Source: Anaeramoeba ignava BMAN (taxonomy: Eukaryota > Protista > Anaeramoebae). From it: 64,000 bases of DNA. The notes below the pieces were generated by a model. The model ran no database searches. It was not told where the DNA came from and saw nothing but the letters and a program-made list of their open reading frames with translations. The DNA is taken from assembly GCA_028826165.1 (NCBI GenBank), contig JAPDFW010000065.1, positions 463,107 to 527,106 on the forward strand, given 5' to 3'. Both the position numbers and the translations under genes were made by a program. Below are positions 13,301 to 25,642 of the stretch, one piece after another. Positions within the stretch are counted from its first letter, which is position 1. The number at the start of each line of letters is the position of its first letter.

Positions 13301-14662
13301 TGAATTAAATTAAATTGAAATATTGAATTAAATAAATTAAATATTGAAAATTAAATTAAATTAAATTAAATTGAATTGAAATTGAAATTAAATTGAAATT
13401 GAATTAAATGAAATTAAATTAAAATTGAATTAAATTGTATATTTAAATATTAAACTAAATTAAATTGAATTAAATTAAATATTGAAAATTAAATTAAATT
13501 GAATATTGAATTAAACTGGAATTAAATTAAATATTGAATTAAATTGTATATTGAATATTAAACTGGAATTAAATTAAATTAAATTGAATTGAATATTGAA
13601 TTGAATTGAATTGAATTGAATTGAATTAAATTGAATTAAATATTGAATTGAATATTGAATTGAATTAAATATTAAATATTGAATTAAATATTAAATATTG
13701 AATTAAATTGAATTGAATGAATTGAATTGAAAATTGAAATTAAATTAAATATTGAAAATTGAATATTAAATTGAATTGAAATATTAAAATTGAATTGAGT
13801 GAATATTGAATATTGAATTAAATTTGAATTGAATATTGAATTGAAATTAAAATTAAATATTGAATTAAATATTAAATATTGAATTAAATATTAAATATTG
13901 AAATAAATATTAAATTAAATTGAATGAAATATTAAAAATTAAAATTGAAATTGAATTAATTTGAATTGAATTTGAATTAAATTTGAATTGAATTGAATTG
14001 AATTAAATTGAATTGAATATTAAAAATTAAATTGAATTGAATATTGAATTGAATTAAATATTAAATATTGAATTAAATATTTAAATTAAAAATATTAAAA
14101 TATTGAATTAAATTAAATTGAATTGAATTGAATTGAATTGAATTGAATATTAAATTGAATTGAATATTAAATTTGAATTAAATTAAATTAAATTAAATTG
14201 AATATTGAATTGAATATTGAATTAAATATTAAATTAAATATTAAATTAAATATTAAATTAAATAAATTAAATTGAATTGAATTGAATTGATTATAAATAT
14301 TAAATATTGAATTAAATATTGAATTAAATATTAAATTAAATATTGAATTAAATTGAATTAAAATTAAATTGAATTGAATTGAATTGAATTAAATGAATTG
14401 AATTAAATATTAAATTGAATTGAATTGAATATTGAATTAAAATTGAATTAAAATTAAATTGAATTAAATATTGAATTGAATTGAAATTGAAATTGGAATT
14501 GAATTAAAATTGAATTAAAATTGAATTAAATATTGAATATTAAATTGAATTGAATTGAATTAAATTGAATTGAATTGAATATTGAATTGAATTAAATATT
14601 GAATTAAATATTAAATTGAATTGAATTGAATTAATTTTAAAAAAAATTACGTTATAAGTCAT
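10344..14662 (-). CDS. PARP6/8-like mono-ADP-ribosyltransferase with UBA domain, Cys-rich region and NQ/NE tract
   Basis: Catalytic FAFHGSPLRNWHSILRKGL...GSGIYFA...CLAICEIV; CFVCG..KPTCCSKVLCLFGY as in PARP6/8; UBA-like LSNLGFDEDLIINTLQNTHNDFEKALSILL. 12-nt exon 1 (14651-14662, MTYN), intron 13089-14650, exon 2 in frame with ORF 12980. Confidence 0.85.
13089..14650 (-). repeat. 1.56-kb PARP intron made of (TTGAA/TTAAA/TATTG) repeats
   Basis: GTAATT donor at 14650 and A-tract AG acceptor at 13089. Confidence 0.8.
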
Positions 14663-14801
14663 AATTAAAATAAGAATAATAATTAGAATAATAATTAGAA
14701 TAATAATTATAATAAGAATAAATGGGAAAAAAAATGAAAAAAAAATGAAAAAAAAAAAGAGAAAAATTTTTTTTCATTTTTTTTCATTTTATTTTTTTAA
14801 A

Positions 14802-15677
14802 ATGTCTGAAAACCCAGATGTTCTTGCTGATGAATTACTTACTTTAAATGTTCACCTTGGATATGAAATTCAAGAATACGATAAACAAATTAAAGCAATT
14901 CAAGACAAAATCTCACAAAATCACCAACAAATAACAAAATTAAAAAAAAAAGAAAAAACATCAAAACAAAAAAAATTAGAAGAAAAAAAATCTCAACTTC
15001 ATAAAAAAATTCTTCAACAAGAAAAAAAAATGAAACAAAAAGTAAATGAATTGGGAAAAGCTGCTTTTGAAAATGATAAATTGATGGAAAACCAAAAAAT
15101 AATGAATAAAAAAATTGATGATATTCAAAAATTAACAAAAAAAAATAAAAAAAATCGTGAAAAAAAAGAAAAAGAAATCAATCAAAAATTAGAAGAAGAA
15201 ATTCAAGAAATGAAAATCCAAAACGAAAAAGCAAAAAAAGAAATCAATTCAATTGAAAACGAACTGAAAGAAAAAAAAGAAGAAAAGCAAAAATTTTTAA
15301 ATGAATTGGAAAAATTGAATAAAAAAATCAATTTGAATCAAGATGAGGTTTTTCAAGATTTAGCAAAAATTTTCAGTCAAATCAATCAATTATATAAAGA
15401 ATTTAGAGTTCTTTTAACTCAAGATTATGAGGTCAACCAAATCAACAAAGATATTGAATTACTTAAAATGAAAAAATTGTTTTTAGCTAAAGAACAAACT
15501 TTGGAAGCAAAAGAAATTGATACTGAAATCCAAAAATTTAATCAACAAATCCAAAATATTTTTCAAAATTCTGATGATAAAAATTCTTTAAAAGAAAAAA
15601 TGCAAAAAAACCAAAAAAAACTTCGTGATTTAAGAACAGAATTTAAAAAAAAAATTCTTCAATTTTCTGAAAATTAA
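14802..15677 (+). CDS. Coiled-coil protein, unknown function
   Basis: K/E/Q-rich heptad-like ORF; start taken at MSENPD after TTTCATTTT motifs. Confidence 0.7.
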   Translation: MSENPDVLADELLTLNVHLGYEIQEYDKQIKAIQDKISQNHQQITKLKKKEKTSKQKKLEEKKSQLHKKILQQEKKMKQKVNELGKAAFENDKLMENQKIMNKKIDDIQKLTKKNKKNREKKEKEINQKLEEEIQEMKIQNEKAKKEINSIENELKEKKEEKQKFLNELEKLNKKINLNQDEVFQDLAKIFSQINQLYKEFRVLLTQDYEVNQINKDIELLKMKKLFLAKEQTLEAKEIDTEIQKFNQQIQNIFQNSDDKNSLKEKMQKNQKKLRDLRTEFKKKILQFSEN

Positions 15678-15836
15678 ACTTTAAATTTTTTTTTTCTTTC
15701 TTTAAAATCAAAATTTAAATCAAAAAATGAAACAATTTTAATTTTGATTTTAATTTTGATTTTAATTTTAATTTTAATTTTAAATTTGATTTTAATTTTA
15801 ATTATTTTAATTTTGAATTTAATTTTAATTATAATT

Positions 15837-17652
15837 TTAATTTTGATTATCAAATTTGTTAATTAATAAATCAAATAAATTTGGATTTGTTTGATTTAAT
15901 TGAAAATAATCAATTCCAATTTTAATTTCATCAATCATTTCTTTTGTAATTTCAATTTCATCTTTAATTTGATTTGAATAAATCCAATATTCAAATATTT
16001 GAAATGATTTATTACTTAATTCACTATAATCTGTAACTTTATTAGATTTATCTTCAGTTACAGATAAAAACATTCCTCGATATAATTCACTTCTCATTAT
16101 TAATATTAATTTGGGAAATTTATATTGTTTTTCTTTTCTTTCAATTATAAAATCTTTTTCATTTTCATTTTCATTTTCATTTAAATAAATTCTTTTCATT
16201 GTTTCTTCTATTTTTTCATTTAAATTTATAATTTCTTTAATTTCAGAATATAATTTTGGATTTATTATTCTGTTTGAATAAATCATTTCAAATATTTGAT
16301 TTGATTCTTTAATTGATTTTTTTGAAATAATTTCTTTAAGTTTTTCAATTTGATTTTGATTTTGATTTAATCTATATTTCAATATTAATTTATGAGCTTT
16401 GATTATTTCTCCATTTTCTGTTTTAAATGAAATATCACAAAATTCTTTTCTTTCAAATAATTTTATCAAATCTTCTTCAAGATTAGAAAAAGAAGAAAAG
16501 AAAGGAGAATAATAAAGAAATGATTTTTCATATCCACAAGAAAGATGATAATTAGAAATATTTTCATTAAATCTTAATTTAGGAAGTTTAATTTGAATAG
16601 GAATTAATTGATTTGATAGATTTCCAGTTCCTAATTCACCCCAATCATTTTCTCCAAATACTATAATCTTGCCTTTGGAAGTTAAAATCAAATTATGAAA
16701 AGTTCCAACAGAAAAATCAAGAATATTATTATCATTTTCAAATAAAAATGATTTGATTTCAGTAAATTCATAAGTATTTTGGTATTTTTTGCCAAGTCCA
16801 TTATCTTCCCAAGAACCACATGAATAAAGTTTTCTTTTTGGATTTTGATTTTGATTTTGATTTTGATTTTGATTTTGATTTTCATCTTCAATCAACATTA
16901 TTGAACGTAAATATCCAGATTGAATATCAATTATTTTGCCTTTTGGAATATTTTGTATTTTGGTTAATTTTTGGATTTTTTCTTCTTTTCTTGATTCTCC
17001 TAATCCAAGTTGACCATAAATATTATCTCCGCATCCAAATAATTCTTGATTTGAATTTAAAAGAAAAATATGATGAGAAGAATTTCCTGAAAATATTTTA
17101 GAAACATTTTTCATCATTAAAATTGGTTTTTCTGTTTTTGGAAGTGTTTCAGAATCAAATCCAAGTTGACCATATTTATTTGAACCAATTCCATAAACAT
17201 TTTGATTTGAAGTTAATAAATAAATTGAATCAGATCCAGAAACAATATCTTGAATTATTCTATCATTTGTATCTTCAATTAATGATGAAATATTGATAAA
17301 TTTATTTGGATTATCTGGATTAATATCTATTCCTTTGGCAAATACATTTCCTTCTATTGTTAAAATAGCTTCATTTTGAAAACCAATAGTTACTTTTTGA
17401 ATATTTTCTTCAATTTGGATTTTTGAAGGATTTTGTTTTGAATCATTTTCTTTTAAATATTCTATTGCTTTTCCATTTTCAAAAAGGAAAATTGTTGAAA
17501 AATAACCTGTTGAAATTTGTTTAATTTGTTTTTCATTTTTCATTTTCATTTTCATTTTCAAATTTAAATTGAATTGGTTTTTTTATTGAATTTGGTTCAT
17601 TTTTGATAAGTTTTGGATATTTATTTTGACCAAAAAATATAATTTCATTCAT
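15837..17652 (-). CDS. RCC1-repeat + tandem BTB protein (copy A, no CAAX)
   Basis: RCC1 repeats (GSNKYGQLG, GCGDNIYGQLGLG, GENDWGELGTG); BTB FCDISF..IKAHKLIL and RSELYRGMF. Start MNEIIFFG matches the paralog; one extra A near 17540. Confidence 0.85.
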
Positions 17653-17687
17653 TTTTGAAAAGTAAAAAAATGAAAAAAATAATTAAA

Positions 17688-19547
17688 TTAAAAAATAAAA
17701 CATTTTTCTTTTTTTTGAATCATCCTTTTTAGATTTTGATTTTGATTTTGATTTTGATTTTGATTATTAAATTTGTTAATTAATAAATCAAATAAATTTG
17801 GATTTGTTTGATTTAATTGAAAATAATCAATTCCAGTTTCTAATTCATTAATTATTTCTTGTGTAATTTGAATTTCATCTTTAATTTGATTTGAATAAAT
17901 CCAATATTCAAATATTTGGAATGATTTATTACTTAATTCACTATAATCTGTAACTTTATTAGAAGTATCTTCAGTTACAGATAAAAACATTCCTCGATAT
18001 AATTCACTTCTCATTATTAATATTAATTTTGGAAATTTATATTGTTTTTCTTTTCTTTCAATTATAAAATTTTCATTTTCATTTTCATTTAAATAAATTC
18101 TTTTCATTGTTTCTTCAATTTTTTCATTTGAATTTATAATTTCTTTAATTTTCAAATATAATTTTGGATTTATTATTCTGTTTGAATAAATCATTTCAAA
18201 TATTTGATTTGATTCTTTAATTGATTTATTTGAAATAATTTCTTGAAGTTTTTCAATTTCATTTTCATTTTGATTTTGATTTAATCTATATTTCAATATT
18301 AATTTATGAGCTTCAATTATTTCTCCATTTTCTGTTTTAAATGAAATATCACAAAATTCTTTTCTTTCAAATAATTTTATCAAATCTTCTTCAAGATTGG
18401 AAAAAGAACAAGGAGAATAATAAAGAAATGATTTGTGATATCCACAAGAAATATGATAATTGAAAATATTTTCATTAAATCTTAATTTAGGAAGTTTAAT
18501 TTGAATTGTAATTCTTTGTAATTTTCTATTTCCAGTTCCTAATTCACCATAAAACTACTCCAAATCCAATTAATTTGCTTTTGGATGTTAAAATTAAAGT
18601 ATGAGAATCTCCCTAACAGAAAAATCAAGAATATTATCATCATTTTCAAATAAAAATGATTTGATTTCAGTAAATTCATAAGTATTTTGGTATTTTTTGC
18701 CAAGTCCATTAAATAGATAATTTCCACATGAATAAAGTTTTCTTTTTGGATTTTGATTTTGATTTTCTTGTTTAATCAACATTATTGAATGGGGATTTCC
18801 ACATTGAATATCAATTATTTTACCTTTTGGAATATTTTGGATTTTGGTTAATTTTTGGATTTTTTCTCCTTTTCTTGATTCTCCTAATCCAACTTGACCA
18901 TAAGCATTATTTCCGCATCCAAATAATTCTTGATTTAAATTTAAAAGAAAAAAATGATGAGAAGAATTTCCTGAAAATATTCTAGAAACATTTTTCATCA
19001 TTAAAATTGGTTTTTCTGTATTTGGAAGTGTTTCAGAATCAAATCCAAGTTGACCAAATTCATTTGAACAAATTCCATAAGCATTTTGATTTGAAGTTAA
19101 TAAGTAAATTGAATGAGAACTGCAAGCAATATCTTGAATTATTCTATCATTTTTACCTTCAATTAATGATGAAATATTGATAAATTCATTTGGATTTTTT
19201 GGATTAATATCTTTTCCTTTTGCAAATACATTTCCTTCTTTTGTTAAAATAGCTTCATTTTGAAAACCAATAGTTACTTTTTGAATATTTTCTTCAATTT
19301 GGATTTTTGAAGGATTTTGTTTTGAATCTCTTTCATTTAAATATTCTATTGCTTTTCCATTTTCAAAAAGGAAAATTGTTGAAAAATAACCTGATGAAAT
19401 TTGTTTAATTTGTTTTTCATTTTCATTTTCATTTTCATTTTCATTTTCATTTTCAAATTTAAATTGGATTGGTTTTGTTATTGAATTTGTTTCATTTTTG
19501 ATAAGTTTTGGATATTTATTTTGACCAAAAAATATAATTTCATTCAT
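17688..19547 (-). CDS. RCC1-repeat + tandem BTB protein (copy B) ending in CAAX (KKEKCFIF); compensating indels at 18550-18615
   Basis: Tandem duplicate of copy A; ORFs 18594-19547 and 17688-18383 are parts of one gene. Confidence 0.8.
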
Positions 19548-19588
19548 TTTTAAAAAGAAAAAAAATGAAAAAATTTAATTTTTATTTT

Positions 19589-22500
19589 TTAAAATTTTGA
19601 TTTAAATTCTTGTAAAAATAAATCTAAAATTGAATTTTGATTTAATTGAAAATAATCTTTAACATCTCCAAATTCTTCAATGATTGGTTTTGAAATTGTT
19701 TTTGTTTCATCAAATTCATCATTATAAAGAAAATAAATTAATTGATTTAATGTTTCAAATGATTTGCCTGAATAATCATGAACTTGATTAGATTTATCTT
19801 CAGTTACAGATAAAAACATTCCTCGAAATAATTCACTTCTTAAAAATAATATTAATTTATGAACTTTGATCTCTATTTCATCTTCATTTTGAATTTGATT
19901 TTGATTTTGATTTTGATTTTGATTTTCATTTTGATTTTGATTTTCATTTTGATTTTCATTTTGATTTTGATTTTGATTTTGATTTTGATTTTGAATTTTA
20001 TTTTGATTTTGATTTTCATTTTGATTTTGATTTTGATTTTGATTTTGATTTTGATTTTGATTTTCATTTTGATTTTGATTTTGATTTTGATTTTGATTTT
20101 GATTTTGATTTTGATTTTGATTTTGATTTTGATTTTGATTTTGATTTTGATTTTGATTTTGATTTTGATTTTGATTTTGATTTTGATTTTGATTTTGATT
20201 TTGATTTTGATTTTGATTTTGATTTTGATTTTGATTTTGATTTTGATTTTGATTTTGATTTTGATTTTGATTTTGATTTTCATTTTGATTTTGATTTTGA
20301 TTTTGATTTTGATTTTGATTTTCATTTTCATTTTGTGAATAAATTATCTTAAAATCTTTTGTTGATTCATTTCCATATAAACCACGAAGATCTGATAATA
20401 TTCCTTTTCTTCCTTTTTTTGTTTCAATCCATTTGGAATCTAATCCAATTTCTTTGAAAAATTCTTCATTTTGGATCTCTTCTTGATCAAATGAAGGAAA
20501 TTGATCATTATCTAAAGAATTGATTAATTTTACAAAGATATCAAAATAGGGAAATCCAGTATAAAGAAAATTTAAAGCAATTCGGACATCTTCTCTTGAT
20601 TTCCGTTTGCAAATATTGATAAATTGTTGCAAAATTAAATGATCATTGTTTAATCTTGTTAATAAAATCAATCTATGAACAGGAAATTTAACAGAATCTT
20701 TTGAAAAGATTTCAAAATCAGAAAAATTGTTATTTGAGTTGAATAAATTGCTTAAATCTTGGTTCACTGAATAGATTTGAAAAAATGATTCGATAAAATC
20801 TTGTGTGTAATATTGTTTATCTAAATTGTGGAAATTTATATCATTCAAAAATAAAGCTTTGATTGCATTCTTATTTTGTTGTTGGATTGAAAGCAAAAGA
20901 GGAGTTTGTTTGTATTTTGTTATTGCATGAATATCAGCACCCTTTTCGATTAGATATTTAAGCACTTCAAAAGATGTGATATTTTGACAAGCCTTATGGA
21001 AAGCTGTTTCTTCTGTGTATTCTGTTTTGGTGTTGATATCAATTCCTTTTTCGATGAGAAATCTTACTGTTTCAAGTGGAGTATTTTTATTTCCACAAGC
21101 AAAATGTAAAACTGTTTGGTTCATTTTTGTTTTTGCGTTAACATCAGCACCTTTTCCCACTAAATACTCAATCACTTGAATTTTTGGATTTTTTTGGCAC
21201 ATTGTGTGTAAAACTGTTTGATTCATCTTCGTTTTTGAATTAATTTCACAACCTTTTTCAATTAAATACTGGATAATCTCAAACGGAAAGTTTTTTTTGC
21301 AAGCAAAATATAAAGCTGTTTCATTTCTTTTTGTTTTTGCATTGATATCGATTCCGTTCTCAACTAAATATTGAATTATTTCCAACGAGGAATCTTGTTG
21401 ACAAGCATAATGTAAAGCTGTTTCATTTTCCATGGTTATTGCATTTACATCAATTCCTTGTTCAACCCAAAATTTCACATTTTCAAGCGATTTATTGAGA
21501 CAAGCAAAATGGAGTGCTGTTTCCTTTCTTTTTGTTTTTGCGTTGATGTCCAAGCCTGATTCGATTAGAAATTTTATGATATCAATGGATAAATTGTTTT
21601 GACAAACAAAATGCAAAAGACTTTTGTTTTGGAATTTTGTCTTTTCGTTAATATTAATCCCTTGTGAAATTAAAAATTTTATTAGTTTAATTGATGGATT
21701 CTTTCCACAAGCAAAATATAAGGCTGTTTCATTATTCATTGTCTTTATATTGAGATCAGAACCCTTTTCAACTAAATATTTGACAGTTTCCAATGAATTT
21801 TGTTGGCACGCATAATGCAATGGGATTTGGTTAATCTTTGTTTTTGCATTCACATCAGCACCTTTAGAAATAAGATATTTAACAACTTCGATATTATCAA
21901 TATTTTTGCAGGCATAATGCAAAGCTGTTTTTTTCAAAAATAATTCTTGTGTATTAATATCAATTCCGTTTTCGATTAAATACTTAATAGTTTCAAGTGA
22001 TGATCCATGTTTGTTCAGGCAAGCATAATGCAGCAATGTTTCGTTTTTGTTTGTTACTGAATTGATATTGATTCCCTGTTCAATCAAATATTTTATAACT
22101 TCAAATGAATTGTATTGACAAGCATAATGCAAAACTGTTTCATTTTGATTATTTAAAGAATTAACATCAACTCCCTTTTCAATCAAATATTTTATAACTT
22201 CAAGTGAGTTATATTTAGAAGCAAAATGCAGAACTGTTTCATTTTGATTATCTAAAGAATTAACATCAACTCCCTTTTCAATCAAATATTTTATAACTTC
22301 AAGTGAGTTATATTTACAAGCATAATGCAGAACTGTTTCATTTTGATTATCTAAAGAATTAACATCAACTCCCTTTTCAATCAAATATTTTATAACTTCA
22401 AGCGAATTATATTTACAAGCATAATGTAAAGTTGATTTATTTTTTCTAGCTTTTGCATAAATATTCGCTCCATTTTCAATTAGATAATCAATAATATCAA

Positions 22501-22852
22501 GTGAATCTTTTGTTTTTAAATAGATTAATGAATAATGAAGAATTGTTTTATCTTTTTTATCTTTTGAATTAATTTCAACTCCATTTTTCAACAAAAAATC
22601 TATCATTTCAATATCTGAATTCTTCATAATTGCAATATGTAATGAGTTTCGTTTCCAATTATCAACTGAATTTGGATTTGCTTTTTTCTTAATTAAGACT
22701 TCAATAACTTCTTTTGAAATTTGTTTTTCAATAGCAAAATTTAAAATTGGTTTTCCTTCATTTGTTAAATTTTCATCTGAAAAATTTTCAAATTGGTTTA
22801 ATAAATCAATTTCATTTTTTTGGATAATCTCAAAAATATTATTCATTATCAT
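19589..22852 (-). CDS. Ankyrin-repeat (~18-19 repeats) + tandem BTB protein with a long (NQ)n insertion
   Basis: ETVLHYAC..NSLEVIKYLIEKGVDVN repeats; BTB FSDFEI..FPVHRLIL and KVHKLILFLRSELFRGMFLSVTEDKSN. Confidence 0.9.
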   Translation of the reverse strand: MIMNNIFEIIQKNEIDLLNQFENFSDENLTNEGKPILNFAIEKQISKEVIEVLIKKKANPNSVDNWKRNSLHIAIMKNSDIEMIDFLLKNGVEINSKDKKDKTILHYSLIYLKTKDSLDIIDYLIENGANIYAKARKNKSTLHYACKYNSLEVIKYLIEKGVDVNSLDNQNETVLHYACKYNSLEVIKYLIEKGVDVNSLDNQNETVLHFASKYNSLEVIKYLIEKGVDVNSLNNQNETVLHYACQYNSFEVIKYLIEQGININSVTNKNETLLHYACLNKHGSSLETIKYLIENGIDINTQELFLKKTALHYACKNIDNIEVVKYLISKGADVNAKTKINQIPLHYACQQNSLETVKYLVEKGSDLNIKTMNNETALYFACGKNPSIKLIKFLISQGININEKTKFQNKSLLHFVCQNNLSIDIIKFLIESGLDINAKTKRKETALHFACLNKSLENVKFWVEQGIDVNAITMENETALHYACQQDSSLEIIQYLVENGIDINAKTKRNETALYFACKKNFPFEIIQYLIEKGCEINSKTKMNQTVLHTMCQKNPKIQVIEYLVGKGADVNAKTKMNQTVLHFACGNKNTPLETVRFLIEKGIDINTKTEYTEETAFHKACQNITSFEVLKYLIEKGADIHAITKYKQTPLLLSIQQQNKNAIKALFLNDINFHNLDKQYYTQDFIESFFQIYSVNQDLSNLFNSNNNFSDFEIFSKDSVKFPVHRLILLTRLNNDHLILQQFINICKRKSREDVRIALNFLYTGFPYFDIFVKLINSLDNDQFPSFDQEEIQNEEFFKEIGLDSKWIETKKGRKGILSDLRGLYGNESTKDFKIIYSQNENENQNQNQNQNQNQNENQNQNQNQNQNQNQNQNQNQNQNQNQNQNQNQNQNQNQNQNQNQNQNQNQNQNQNQNQNQNQNQNQNQNQNENQNQNQNQNQNQNQNENQNQNKIQNQNQNQNQNQNENQNENQNQNENQNQNQNQNQIQNEDEIEIKVHKLILFLRSELFRGMFLSVTEDKSNQVHDYSGKSFETLNQLIYFLYNDEFDETKTISKPIIEEFGDVKDYFQLNQNSILDLFLQEFKSKF

Positions 22853-22989
22853 TTTAAAATAATCAAAAAGAAAAAGAAAAAAATGAATTTTTGTTTTTGA
22901 AATGATTATTTTTTTTTTTAATTTTTTTATTTTTCCAAAAAAAAAAAGTGAAAAATTGTTTTGTTTTTCTTTTTTAAATTTTTAATTAT

Positions 22990-25212
22990 TTAATTATTTA
23001 ATAAATCTGCTAAAATAATTAAAGCTAATAAATCCTCTACTTTTATACCTTCTGCTAATCTTCCAACATGTTCATAAGGACAGTCAGGATTATCACATTT
23101 TCCATGTTCAGCAAATTGTTTACAAGCTAATTTAAAAAATAAATAAAAATAAAAATAAAAATCAAAATCAAAATCAAAATCAAAATAAAAATAAAAATAA
23201 AAATAAAAATCAAAATCAATATAAAAATAAAAATCAAAATCAATATAAAAAAAGTGGATCAAATTGTTTTTTTATTGATAACTTACTTTCTTTGATTCTT
23301 TTAGGTCGAGAATCTCGATAAAAACTATGAGTTCTTTTTTCATCAAATTCTTGTTCAATTCCTTTGAAATTTTTCCAAGCTTTTTTGAAATCTTCTCTCA
23401 TAGGATTTGGATGATTATAACGACATTTTGGATATTTGTCACATTTATACCCTGAAAAACAAATGCATTGATCAACTGGATGAAGCCAAGGTTTTGAATA
23501 TCTATCATTCCAGTGTTCTTTTGAATAACACCAATTGATTTTTGGATCTAAAAAATATTTACAAGTTTCTTTTACTGGTTTTTGGACAGAAACTTCTTTT
23601 GGTTGATAAACAGATTGAGGTTGATTAACAAATTGAGTTTGGTTAACAAATTGAGTTTGATTATTTGATTGATTATTATTTGGTTGATTATTAGATTGAT
23701 TATTTGGTTGATTATTATATTGACTATTTGGTTGATTATTATTTGGTTGATTATTAGATTGATTATTTGGTTGATTATATGGTTGATTATATGGTTGATT
23801 ATATGATTGATTATATGATTGATTATATGATTGATTATATGATTGATTATATGATTGATTATATGGTTGATTATATGATTGATTATATGATTGATTATAT
23901 GATTGATTATATGGTTGATTATATGGTTGATTATATGGTTGATTATATGGTTGATTATATGATTGATTATATGGTTGATTATATGGTTGATTATATGGTG
24001 AATTATGTTGAGAATATTGTTGAGGATATTCAGGGTTATCTGCTGAACTATCACTATCATCGTCACTATCATCGTCACTATCACTTGTGGTTGAATTTGA
24101 ATTTGAATTTGAATTTGATTTTGATTTTGATTTTGATTTTGATTTTGAATTTTGATGATGTTGTTGATGTTGATGTTGATGTTGATTTTTGTTTTGGTTT
24201 TGGTTTTTTTTTCAAATTCGAAAATAAATTTGCTATTGATCTTTGCATTTTTTTAACTTGATTTCTTAAATTATCCTTTTTTTTCTTCATTTTTTTTGTA
24301 TCTATTTTTTTTGCTTTATTTAATTCTGTTTGGGCTTTTTCTTTATCATTTCTAAAAAGACTTTTAATTAAATTTAAATCTTTTTTGCATTTGGTACATT
24401 TTCCATCATTTTTTTTGAGTATTTCAGAAATACAAGAAGTACAAAAAACAGCTGCATTTTTTTCACAACTTCTACATTTTGCTGTTAGTAAATAGGGTGT
24501 TCTTTTTTTGCATTTATAACATTTGGGGAATAAATCATTAATTGATTTTACAGTAAACTAGATATAATTAATATTAAAATTAAAATTAGAATCAAAATTA
24601 GAATTAGAATTAGAATTAAAATTAAAATTAGAATTAATATTAGAATTAGAATTAGAATTAAAATTAGAATTAAAATTAGAATTAGAATTAGAATTAAAAT
24701 TAGAATTAGAATTAGAATTAAAATTAGAATTAAAATTAGAATTAGAATTAGAATTATTAGAATTAGAATTAAAATTAAAATTAAAATTAAAATTAGAATT
24801 AGAATTAGAATTAGAATTAGAATTAGAATTAGAATTAGAATTAAAATTAGAATTAAAATTAAAATTAGAATTAGAATTAATATTAGAATTAGAATTAAAA
24901 TTAAAATTAGAATTAGAATTAGAATTAAAATTAAAATTAAAATTAAAATTAAAATCAAAATTAAAATTAAAATTAAAATTAAAATTAGAATTAAATTAAA
25001 ATTAGAATTAAAATTAGAATTAAAATTAGAATTAGAATTAATATTAGAATTAATATTAGAATTAGAATTAGAATTAGAATTAAAATTAGAATTAGAATTA
25101 GAATTAATATTAATATATTTACATCTTTAATTTTTTGAATTTTTCCAGAATCAACCTGTTGTTGAAAAGCAATTATTGCTAAAGTTTGTCTCTTAAAAAA
25201 AAATGTTTCCAT
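22990..25212 (-). CDS. RING-like (four CxxC) + (QPYN)n low-complexity + CCCH zinc-finger protein
   Basis: Spliced (introns 24558-25122 and ~23127-23286): CYKC..CRSC..CTSC..CTKC; CAACCATATAAT repeats; CKYFLDPKINWC, CFSGYKCDKYPKCRYNH, CKQFAEHGKCDNPDCPYEH. Start uncertain; homopolymer frameshifts present. Confidence 0.65.
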
Positions 25213-25642
25213 TTCTCTTATTTTTCCATATGTTTCATATTTTTTAATAATTTTATCTTCTGTAAACTAATAAAAAAAAAAGGAAAAAAAAAAGGAAAAA
25301 AAATATTTGTTTGTAAAATTAAAATTAAAATTAAAATTAAATTTAAATTTAAATTCTTATTTGAAAATAATTTAATTTTTACATTTTTTGAGGTTCGAAT
25401 ATAAAAATTCTTTTGTTTTGGCATTTTAAATAAAAAATGGAAAAAATGGAATAAATGGAATAAATGAAAAAAAATGGAATAAATAGATTGAGTAAAAAGG
25501 AAAAAAAGGAAAAAAATGAAAAATTAAAAAATGGATTTTATTTTATTTTTTTCCTTTTTTTTTCTCCATTTTTTTTTTCATTTTTTTTCTCCATTTCCTT
25601 TTATTTTCTTTTTTTCTTTGTTGTGTTTTTTTTTAAATTAAA

